A DNA stretch of 34,945 nt, taken from positions 30,796-65,740 of the forward strand of contig NW_014040328.1 of NCBI RefSeq assembly GCF_001186125.1, read 5' to 3'. This document shows positions 1 through 11,100 of this stretch, one piece after another. Numbering within the stretch: position 1 is the first letter of the stretch; the number at the start of each line of letters is the position of its first letter. This DNA comes from Sphaeroforma arctica JP610 (lineage: Eukaryota). Below the pieces are notes generated by a model. That model made no database searches, had not been told where the DNA came from, and saw only the letters and a program-made list of their open reading frames with translations. The translations under genes and the position numbers were made by a program.

Positions 1-2667
1 TTCGTGAACGTTTCACGTTTGCCTACCGCCCAGTCACTAGACAGATTGCGACCAGCGCCCAACCATTAGCCTACCTTTCCTGTCTGACATCACTAGCAGT
101 GGCTGGAGAAACTTCAGCAAAATATTCTTGGGAGAAAAGGTTGTCAACCACATTCGTGACCTCTTCAAGTTTGCCTACCGCCCAGTAACTAGACAGACTG
201 CGACCAGCGTCTAAACGTTAGTCTACCTTTCCGGTCTGTCACCACTAGCATTTGCCGGAGTAACTTCAGCAAAACATTCTTAGGAGAAAATGTTGTCAAG
301 CACATTCGTGAACGCTTCACGTTTGCCTACCTCCGAGTCACTCTTCAAGTTTGCCTACCGCCCAGTCACTAGACAGACTGCGACCAGCGTCTTACCGTTA
401 GTCTATAGTCTACCTTTCCGGTCTGTCACCACCAGCAACGGCCAGAGAGACTTTAGCAAAACATTCTTGTGAGAAAACGTTGTCAACCACATTCGTGAAC
501 GCTTCACGTTTGTCTACCGCCCAGTCACTAGACAGATTGCGACCAGTGCCCAACCGTTAGCCTACCTTTCCGGTCTGACATCACTAGCAGTGGCCGGAGT
601 AACTTCAGCAAAATATTACTGGGAGAAAAGGTTGTCAACCACATTCGTGAACTCTTCAAGTTTGCCTATCGCCCAGTCACTAGACAGACTGCGACCAACT
701 CCATTTGTCTACCTTTTCGGTCTGTCACCACCGGCAACGGCCAGAGAGACTTTAGCAAAACATTCTTGTGAGAAAACGTTGTCAACCACAGTCGTACAGG
801 CTGCGAGAGTAGTGACTTCTACAGGGTCCACGGATAGTGGATACGTGACCTTATAGAATAGCCTAAAGAGCCCATACCCCCTCCTATCCAGTTTATTGCT
901 AATAGGAAAAATTGTTTCGTGAACTCTTCAAGTTTGCCTACCGCCCAGCTACTAGACAGACTGCGACCAGCGTCTAACCGTTAGTCTACCTTTCCGGTCT
1001 GTCACCACCAGCAACGGCCATAGAGACTTTAGCAAAACATTCTTGTGAGAAAACGTTGTCAACCACATTCGGGAAGATTTTACGTTTGCCTACCGCCCAG
1101 TTACTAGACATATTGCGACCAGCGCCCAACCGTTAGCCTACCCTTCCGGTCTGTCACCACCGGCAACGGCCAGAGAGACTTTAGCAAAACATTCTTGTGA
1201 GAAAACGTTGTCAACCACATTCGTGACCTCTTCAAGTTTGCCTACCGCCCAGTAACTAGACAGACTGCGACCAGCGTCTAAACGTTAGTCTACCTTTCCG
1301 GTCTGTCACCACCAGCAACGGCCAGAGAGACTTTAGCAAAACATTCTTGTGAGAAAACTTTGTCAACCACATTAGTGCAGGCACCGAGAGTAGTGACTTC
1401 TATAGGGTCCATGGATAGTGGATACGTGACCTTATAGAATAGCCTAAAGAACCCATACCCCCTTCTATCCAATTTATTGTCAATAGGAAAAATTGTCCTA
1501 TCGGCCGTTGTCCGCCTACCTTTCCGGTTTGACACCACTAGCATTTGCCGGAGTATCTTAAGCAAAACATTCTTGGGAGAAAAGGTTGTCAACCACATTC
1601 GTGAACGCTTTACGTTTGCCTACCTCCGAGTCACTCTTCAAGTTTGCCTACCGTCCAGTCACTAGACAGACTGCGACCAGCGTCTAACCGTTAATCTACC
1701 TTTCCGGTCTGTTACCACCAGCAACGGCCAGGGAGACTTTAGCAAAACATTCTTGTGAGAAAACGTTGTCAACTACATTCGTGCAGGCTCCGAGAGTAGT
1801 GGCCTCTACAAGGCCCATGGATTGTGGATACGTGACCTTATAGAATGGCCTAAAGATCCCATACCCCCTCCGATACAGTTTATGGCTAATAGGAAAATTT
1901 GTCCTATCGGCCGTTGTCCGCCTACCTTTTTCGGTCTGACACCACTAGCAACGGCCAGAGAGACTTTAGCAAAACATTCTTGTGAGAAAACGTTGTCAAC
2001 CACATTCGTGAACGCTTCACGTCTGTCTACCGCCCAGTCACTAGACAGATTGCGACCAGCGCCTAACCGTTAGCCTACCTTTCCGGTCTGACATCACTAG
2101 CAGTGGCCGAAGAAACTTCAGCAAAATATTCTTGGGAGAAAAGGTTGTCAACCACATTCGTGAACTCTTTAAGTTTGCCTACCGCCCAGTCACTAGACAG
2201 ACTGCGATTTGCGCCGTTAGTCTACCTTTCCGGTCTGTCACCACCAGCAACGGCCAGAGAGACTTTAGCAAAACATTCTTGAGAGAAAACGTTGTCAACC
2301 ACATTCGTGAACGCTTCACGTTTGCCTACCGTCCAGTCACTAGACAGATTGCCACCAGCGCCCAACCGTTAGCCTACCTTTCCGGTGTTACATCACTAGC
2401 AGTGGCCGGAGAAACTTCAGCAAAATACTATTGGGAGGAAGGTTGTCAACCACATTCGTGAACTCTTCAAGTTTGCCTACCGCCCAGTCACTAGAAAGAC
2501 TGCGACCAGCGTCTTACCGTTAGTCTACCTTTCCGGTCTGTCACCACCAGCAACGGCCAGAGAGACTTTAGCAAAACATTCTTGTGAGAAAACGTTGCCA
2601 ACCACATTCGTGAACTCTTCAAGTTTGCCTATCGCCCAGTCACTAGATAGACAGCGACCAGCGCCCA
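1..2667. repeat. Tandem satellite-like array of ~152-bp monomers in two alternating variants, with an interspersed extra module; truncated at the window start
   Basis: The unit anchor GTTGTCAACCACA|TTCGTGA recurs at ~1, 153, 305, 492, 644, 916, 1068, 1220, 1598, 2005, 2157, 2304, 2455 and 2607. A distinct ~125-bp module (GAGAGTAGTGACTTCTA...GGATACGTGACCTTATAGAAT...AATAGGAAAA) occurs at ~795-915, ~1375-1500 and ~1782-1905. The unit length is not a multiple of 3 and ORFs are repeatedly broken. Confidence 0.93.
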
Positions 2668-4561
2668 ATGACAGTATTCAGACTTCAAGTAGCTCAAATA
2701 TTCATGACTACCGAGAACTATTCTTGGCAACTCTCTGACCATGTACTCTCCAAACGATTGGCTGACACGAACTCCGGGGCCTCAAACCAGAATGCATTGA
2801 CACAACAATTCCCTATACGCAAGTATTGGCCGCCAATTGTTTGTCCGACAACAACTCGTTCTTCTACACCATAAGGCGATTCGAAGTAAAAAAATTGATA
2901 ACTTGTTTTAAACATGACTACCCGCAGGTGGTGAGCCGAACTCGGTTGGCTTCGCTGTTTTAGACCCGTTCTCCTAACCACACTTCATAGAAGTAATCAC
3001 AGATAAATATAATCAAAGATAAATACGACTGTGGTAGTAGTCCTAAATTAGTATTTAGTATAAGAATGCAGTACGAATTAACGACATCAGAACGATCTAG
3101 GTCGTACATCCTTCCCTTATTTAGAATTGACCAATGCAATTGAAGAATCTAAAGATTAATTTTCATTCGTCCACTAGGTATGAGGATGTCCGCTATTTGA
3201 AAGTCCCCAGTATAGTGCAAAATTTCCAATTTTGACAGAATTCCCAATCCACGTACAAAATACGCATCACAGCGATTATGACCCTGCGGGTGATGAAGGT
3301 CGAGTCAGTCTCAAACGGAACCGTAGATCACTCACCCCTTGACTTATTTTCAAAAACATTTATCTCTACATCGCAGCCAGGCAGCATGATCTGGAATTGC
3401 AACATCTCTACACAACGATCCTCTTTATAGGCGTATTTGTAATAGTGCGATCAGGAGAACGAAACTGTAGACTTTGTATTAGACACTGCGGCTTGAGTGC
3501 AAACGAATTGTCCGGTCATTCCCTATGTACTGACGGATTGACAGTACTGTAGGAGGCAGACATCGACGAAAGCGAGGCAGTGATCATAGGCAGATAGACA
3601 TTTACCGATAATTGTATTTATTGGCAAGGTACCGGACTGGGCGATACCTGGGTTGCTGCTACGCCCAGCCTTTAAATTCGCCCCCTACATTTGAGCTGTC
3701 GATTTAGAAACTACATGTGCTGTTATCACCGGGGACTCCGAACAGAAGGAATTTTGGTGATGACGTAGGTTTCCTGTCACACTGATCATCTCGCGCCGTT
3801 CTAGCCCCGCCTTTCCAAGGCCCAGCGATAAAAAGGACACGCGAGACATGTTCCGCAAAACAACGAGTGACCAATTTTTATAAAAAAGTTATCTCAGTTG
3901 TACTAGAAATTGTGAGAGGAAGCCTGTCAAAGCCAAAACCGTCAGCTCACTGGTATAAAAAAAAATGTGTGAGAGGAAGCAATAACCGTTATGCACATAT
4001 AAAGTGTACGCATATGCAGCTTCGTTCAGAAGTTTTGCAATTTAAAATTAGCTACATAAGGCATACCTTTAGTAACAATGTCGACGATGAGACGCATACT
4101 TTTTTTTTTGGCGTACTATGCGAGCTGTAATACCAGCTCTTTGTCATAACAGACGATACTTGTAGACACCCCTAATACAAAGCACAAAGTATAATATTTA
4201 AATATCCTTCATCCAAAGCCTCGACTAGATTATTTTGAAGCCCAGGACAGCATTTCACAACATACTTTGCGCGTCTCCAATATCTCTCCATAGAGTTGCA
4301 TTAAAAAAACCCCCATATAATGCCGTATTTATCACAGATTTATAAAATTTTCTGGCCGTTATCATTTTTTATAGTCCATTAGTTCGAGAGACTCTCAATC
4401 GAAATCCATTGATTGTACAATTACTTTGCATAATTTTTACCATAACACAATATTTAATAGCCGTCTCGAAATGTAATGTGGCTAGACCATATTTGGACGA
4501 TCGTCAAATACTAATGCTACTTTGCCTGATGGCCCAACTTAACTTTTAACTATTGAAAAAA

Positions 4562-5340
4562 TGAGAGACTACAGGTCTCAGACCAGATTCTACAGCAAGT
4601 AGGGCCAAGGCTCAGGGCTCAGGGTAAATGGCTCAGGGCTCAGGGCTCGGGGCTCTTGGGGCTTGAGGCTCGAGGCTCGAGGCTCGGGGCTCAGGGGCTG
4701 GCTGACTGGCTGGCTGTCTAACTCGGCTGGCTGGTTGCGCTTCTGACTGGAGAGCAGTGTAGGTTAGTAGCACGAAAGTAAAGTGACCTGATAAGTCGTT
4801 AGAGTGCAATTTAGTAGACTTTAACTAAAGTGCATATGTATGTATTGATTTCTGACCTCATCTTTGTCTTCTACATAAGGTGTCTGTACTAGTGTTCAGC
4901 CACTTGGGCTGGCCAGGGTAAAAACTCATGTGGTCAAAATGAGAAACCTTCTGCAGAACACTTTAACACTTCGATGCTATTCTATTTCGACTTCTCGGCA
5001 ATATTAGCTCACTTCCGAGAGCTAATCAAGTTGCTTAACTTTCTCACGAGAGTAGAGTTAATACTTAACCGAGACACCCGTGTGTCGATAAAGCTTCTCA
5101 ACCGACTCCCGAAAATTAATTGAGTTTGTTAACCGCAACAAGCTATCAATAGCTGTAAACCTATTTGAGTCACAACATATGTGGAACCGACACCCGAGAA
5201 TTGAAGAAGTTTCTCCACCGATACCGGAGAGTTGAGTTAGTCTGTTGTCTAGCTCTCGAGTGTGAGCTAACTCTGATGATTTCTATAAATCGAAGAGGGC
5301 TTCTTGCTGTAAAATCTGGTCTGAGACCTGTAGTCTCTCA
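4562..5340. mobile_element. Putative non-autonomous DNA transposon (MITE-like) bounded by 38-bp inverted repeats
   Basis: 4562-4599 TGAGAGACTACAGGTCTCAGACCAGATTCTACAGCAAG is the reverse complement of 5303-5340 CTTGCTGTAAAATCTGGTCTGAGACCTGTAGTCTCTCA, with one mismatch. There is no internal coding capacity and no clear target-site duplication. Confidence 0.65.
4602..4738. repeat. G-rich 7-mer tandem repeat (GGCTCAG/GGCTCGA/GGCTCGG) grading into (GGCT)n
   Basis: ggctcagggctcaggg...ggctcagggctcagggctcggggctc...gaggctcgaggctcgaggctcggggctcaggggctggctgactggctggctg. Confidence 0.85.
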
Positions 5341-6427
5341 GTTTATACTTGTATTATACCAAGGTTGCCCAATCTCAGTGGAGTCTCGTGACATTGTGCT
5401 TCCTTACAATAGCTTTACTTCATTTACATCAATTATAATTAATTGCGACTTCTGTTAGAGAAATATTTTGGCCAGGAACGAGTATGGTGATCATTTCATG
5501 ACAGATTCCGTGCTTTCGCCCCTGACGTCTCACCCGTGTACGATGCTCCGTGTGTTTTTATATTGATAAAGTACAGAACCAACATATATTTCGAAACTAA
5601 GTTGGCACAGTATTGCCTTAATTTCATTTTATTGTAAAATATACCATCGCTTCAGAATGAAGTTCATCTTATATCTACTAGACTACTTTTTGCCCAGAAT
5701 CCTTTCAGGTGTCTTTCTTGTACTTGAGATGTTTTCTGGTCACAGATTCGTCTATGTGTTCGCTCCTCCCGAAAAGGAGTTAGTAGAATTTAACCTAAAT
5801 TTCATTTCATTGTGAGAAGTTTCATTGCTCCGGAATAAAGTTCATTTAATATCTACTTTACATTCTTTTGAGGTTGCGAACTAAATCCACAAGTAGGGAA
5901 ACTATTCGCTATTTAATCAGCTTGGCCTGCCTTCCACCATGGATCCTACATCTTTTATAGAAACATCACTGTTCATTATAGCCTACAAACCTTATAACGT
6001 TCGTTACCTGACTACAATTCATCGAAAACTAGCTAAATATCAAAAGCGACATTTTGCTACTATAGATCTAAAACTGATGCCTGCGCGTGTAAAACATTCA
6101 TGCAGAATTGAAATAAAATAGTTATTCTCGGACATATCCTATTGATTTCTGGTTGGGAAAAAGAAAACTACAGCACAAGCGGCTATGGGTGAGTGTTGGT
6201 AGTTCAAACGTCTCAACAGCCAGCTAGTGCAAAACTTGTTCACCTGTATATTTATTAATCGCATCGATATGCCCGTCGCTGTCTGACGAAAATCGATTCA
6301 TCTCAAATTCATTTCATGTGCTCTTGGGCTGACCCACATATAAATGAACTAGTTCGAGGACAAGTTACAAATTACTTTCTGACTGATGGTGTAAAAAGTT
6401 GTTAATGTATTAGAAACAAGTTTACTC

Positions 6428-6811
6428 CTGTAGTCTCTCACCTTCAACAGAAGACAAACGACGGCCCTAAGACGAACACTCAACAATGCAAAATGCGATT
6501 TGCGTCGGTTCGTTATATTTGTACAAGCTCAAATATGTATATACGACTGAAAATCATAGAAACAACATGAATACTTTTGGCGTGTTTTTATACACAGCCA
6601 GTCAATGAGATTTGATGCAGAATTATGATAACTTCTGTAGTCTCTCATTTTCAACAGATGGCGAACGACTGTCCTTAGACGAACACTCAACAACGCAAAT
6701 GTGATTTGCGTCGTATCTTTCGCTATGTTTGTGCAAGCCCTTTAAGTATGCCAAAAACGACAGAAAATTACAGAAGTAACATGAGTACTTTTGGCGTGTT
6801 TTGATACACAG
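6428..6811. repeat. Two diverged ~170-bp direct repeats, each starting with the CTGTAGTCTCTCA motif
   Basis: 6428-6597 and 6635-6811 align throughout (ctgtagtctctca...ttcaacaga...agacgaacactcaacaa.gcaaa...gatttgcgtcg...tacttttggcgtgtttt.atacacag). Confidence 0.85.
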
Positions 6812-8149
6812 TGAAAATTATCGATTAAGTTATATTATTATACGAACAAGGAATATGAATTTGTGCTAGGAGTGCGGTGCAACAAAGAGGCTTTAACTTA
6901 AAATCGATTGTAATAGATTTCTTTTAACGACTGAGACAATCAACTTGAGCCAGACACTGAAAGATACCAGCGCCCTCATCGGCTTGGACCACCCAATGCC
7001 CCTTGTACGCATGACGAGAGTGATTTTTCCTGCTTCTTTAGATTACCAACGCCATTCCTTGTACTCTATAATCAAGTGTTCTACCGAAGAAAAAGAAATA
7101 CATTATCGCAACAGTTGTAAACTCACTACGAAAATGTCAAGGGTTCAGGGGCAGCGCTGTTTTTGAATTCCAGAATATAGAGACGGCTATAATTGGTGTG
7201 GCCGATTTAAAATCTGCCAAATGGTATCCAGGTGACGCGACGTGTTGGGAGTGACAGAGAGACATATTGGGATATGTATGGATAAGCTGATTACACATTC
7301 CATGTGTGATGGCGTGATACGTCCCAGCTATGCGATGGCCGCGATTTCTCAGAGACGATATTTAAATAAGCCTATCATTAGGTGCTAGCCAGCAAATACT
7401 GCACCACACCCCTGGCGTTTCGAGTAGTCATTTGTGTTGATTTCAGAATTGGATAGATCGATTCGACGACACGAAGCCATATGGGATTCAATTTTATTCG
7501 GACGGATTTTGTACGACTAAATAAGCTTGAAATCTGGGAGAGAGTTTGCATAGCAGAGCACGATTGGCAGAGAGGGCACAAACTATATTTAAGAAGTCTA
7601 CCTGTACAGTTAGGTACATATTGGGATACTGTGTGTGTTCACAAGGACAAGTAGCTCAGTCGGCACATTCGGTAGCATATGGCGAGCCTAGAACAAAATC
7701 TTTCCGACAGACCATTCACTCAACCCGTGATGAATCTGCTAGCGAGCCTTTTCCGCACCCTAGTCGTAACTTTGAGTGAAGTACTCAGGTCTTACATGAT
7801 CGTGCCATAGGGGTGCAGATTACTTTGGCTGAGTTCTGCTCCACAACTAGGCCAGCCTTTCGTATACAATACCATAACTAACTCTATAACGTTGTGCTCT
7901 CCACCAAATTTGTTTTACGGAAACGATTGATTGATAAATGCTTTCGCCTGATTATCAGATGAGGAGTCAAAAAAGAAGACCCGTGATGCGTACTCTAATA
8001 AGTTGCCCAGTGATAGTTACAATTTCTCGCGACCGAACGGTGTCACTAAGGCTACAGAATGTTTATGCGTCGTCGCAGCACTCGTGTGGGCCACACGTGC
8101 CTGTCAATTTAGGCATCTCTATATGTGAACAGCGAGCAGAAGCACACGC

Positions 8150-11100
8150 TCATGACGTTGGAGTTCTGGCAACCAGCCGTTCCAAAATCCACAATGCCGC
8201 CTTTTTGTCCAAACAATTGTTGTACTCTCCACACGAAGGATCATGAGTGCACGCGGGACACCCATTCGCCTCCTCGCAATCGCATCCCTATAAAGTTGCA
8301 TAGCAACAGCGGCATTTGGAATTCAATAAAGGCAAGGCGTTTCGTAGCAACGGTATGGTGCCAATAAGCACTACGAATACTTCGTGAACTACTTACTTTT
8401 TTAATACAAATGTTTGCACTAATAACAAGGTGGTGTCGAGGGGCAGCATCGAATTCTTCACACCAAAAGAACGAGCCTGGCCACTGATCAGACAACTACG
8501 CATACTCGACTTAACTACCAACTGCTATGATTTTAGCGATTCTACGCTTGCCGGATAGTCAGAAGCGCGGTCATTGTGGCTTATCGTTCGTGTGCACGTC
8601 AGACCTAGTCAATACATCCAAAAGTTCAAACATTCACGACTCAAGATATTATAATTGGCAAGTTTGAGGAAAAAGATATCATTTCGGGTCAAGAACGACA
8701 AGAGTTGAGCACAACATCACGGAGAAGTGGACCTACAACAGTAAATACAATATTGAAACATTGCATTGACGTGTCATGGCAAGATACAGCACATGGCCTC
8801 ACTATCCTACCCACTATCCTACCTTTATAAGCTCATAGGCTTTCTGCATGATCGGTTCGATCTTGTGATAGGCGGCTTCGGAGATACCAGTTCCACCCTC
8901 GACGGAGTCGTATATGTTGATACATAGTGGTCTGTTGACAATGAGATATACCATGATGGGTATGAAATATGCTACAAGGCGCTTTAGGGATAGGAAAGGA
9001 GTACCACTTCGTATGCATACGAGAACATGACTTCATGGGTCTTACCTACCTTTCCTAGATATTATGTGTGGGTATGTAACTTAACACAGATTGATAAAGT
9101 CCTAAATTCCGGGCCGCACGATACTTCAGTAATTGCACGTTCATAACTCATACTGGAATTGAATTCGATCGAATGAAGACAACAGAATCCAAACGTATAT
9201 CACCAAATGCCGCAAAACTATTGATAAACAGTCTTGATTCTATAAATATATGCTCGTATTCAGAATGCAACAACACAAGTGACAAAGGACTCGCTGCGGA
9301 AGCTTACCCAGATATCTATTGGTATACATCCCTCAGCGTTCTGTGAGGAAGTCTCACTCACCTATTTTTCGTCTCTTGTTCAGAATAGCACACAGGTTGC
9401 ACATCTCCTCGGTCACAGAGCAAGTAGAAACCCAAGACATTTACCAGCAAGTGATTGCAGGCATGCAGACCCCCGCTATGAGCGTACATGATATGAACGG
9501 AAGAAATTAGATCATAATTTCCGCTGAAAAATTTTCAAGAAAAAAAACTTCGTTTTTGTTGAGCAGGAGCGCAAAAACACAATTTGCTTGATATTGATAT
9601 TAGAACATGCCCACGAATATCTTGACACAATTTTCTTTTGTTGACAGAATAGAACGGAAACTTGAAAAACCTATCACAGATAGAACACATTTTGTGAAAT
9701 CAGATACCGATAGTCTAGGCTTATCTCAGCCAACCCATTTTTGAATTCGAGCCCGATGTCAATCCAAAGCGACTCGGTGATCATCTCAAAATCCGGGATC
9801 TCCGAGGTGATAGATTCAATGATTGTGCGCGTCTTGTTGAGGATTTTTTTGTACCCGAAAACATTGGTCACCACCCGTACACTCCCATAGGCTCCCGTGT
9901 AGGGATGTGCCTTTGGACCCCCGGTGAGGTGCCGGCGGACTGTGTAGTCGACGAGTAGTGTCTGATCGTTGACGGCCGTGTGGTAGTTGACATCGCTCTT
10001 GCGTGCGTAAGCGACCTATGTGCATACGTTATGATTAAACAGGAGACAATGGTTTGGTACATATGCTATATATCCAAGCTAGTGGCGAGGTACGCCTTGA
10101 AGGGGTGTGCAGGACGTTGCAAACAGATACCCAAAGTTATGTAGATCCCACTTAGGTACCCACGGGTACTCTATATCCATCTAGTAGAAATAAAATAATC
10201 TGTCAGCGGAGATTGTAAATCATGGTCCCTCCCCGAAACCCGGGGAGGTGTCCCGTCTTGTCCTGTCCCTTCGGGGTTTTTGATTTTTTTACTGCCACTC
10301 AAGGGCGCCAGAACACCATTCGTAGAAAAAGTGTCAGCGTTTTCTCAACACTAGATTATTTGTTATCTAGGGTGTCTCCATGTGATAAAACGTGGGAACT
10401 ACTTCAACAGTTTTCTACTACGCGCCACAGCGAATAGAAATGCGCAGAATTCTGTGGCTCATCGCGATACAAATGTATATTTAATACCGTTGTCAGTATA
10501 AGAAACGTCAAGTTTGTATACATGCACGTACTCGTGAAAACGTAATACGAGGAAAGCTGTTGTATATCTCAGAACTGAGACAACCCTGGCAGAGGGGATG
10601 GGCCGAGCTCAGTAGGTGTTATGGGTAATCATATATATCGTATACCGAACATGAAAGTTGACTCCGGGTTTTGTGAGTATTTTCATTTTGTATGTAGGGT
10701 TAGGTATGCACTGTATTCTCCTATTTTAGGAAGCTATGTTATTTAATGCACTCGTTCGTAAACTTGCCAAGCCTTGTACTTAGATATGTCACGAGAAGTA
10801 AACGTATTTATGTCTAATTGCTATCCCATTCCGATCGATTACTGAACCGTTCTACTTTGGTAGTTGCTATTCTGTTTGGCTCTAACCAGTCTTATTTTTG
10901 ATTGGGACACAAGATTAACAAAATCTCAACGTCGTCCTACCTCAGTATTCAGAAATTAAAAAATATACCGAAATTTTCCAGTTTTATGTATGTGCTTTAA
11001 CTCGTATACCCCTACGGGGGAAAATATACCAAGGTATTGTTGACGCATGTTTTAATATCGTTCCATACACTTATTCCGAGTGTCTCACGAAGAGGTACCA

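Noticed and set aside
1..2667. Possible CRISPR array, or repeat-protein ORFs in the tandem array
   Set aside because: The sequence between anchors is itself repeated (no unique spacers), no cas genes are present and the context is eukaryotic. The 152-bp unit shifts frame and contains stops.
2668..3900. Possible degraded retroelement or gene next to the satellite
   Set aside because: The frames I translated gave no RT, RNase H, integrase or other recognisable motif. A tblastx or HMM search would be needed.
5615..5870. Degenerate ~70-bp direct repeat (5618-5690 and 5796-5868)
   Set aside because: The similarity looks real but is short, AT-rich and has no interpretable context.
9674..9874. [11 protein letters not shown] resembles an integrase D.G.EF motif
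   Set aside because: It lies in helicase exon 9708-10015, in phase with its neighbours, and matches the Hrq1 'LWID' region.
10228..10250. GC-rich hairpin CCTCCCCG-AAACC-CGGGGAGG in a helicase intron
   Set aside because: An isolated 8-bp stem with no partner terminus or other evidence of an element or ncRNA.
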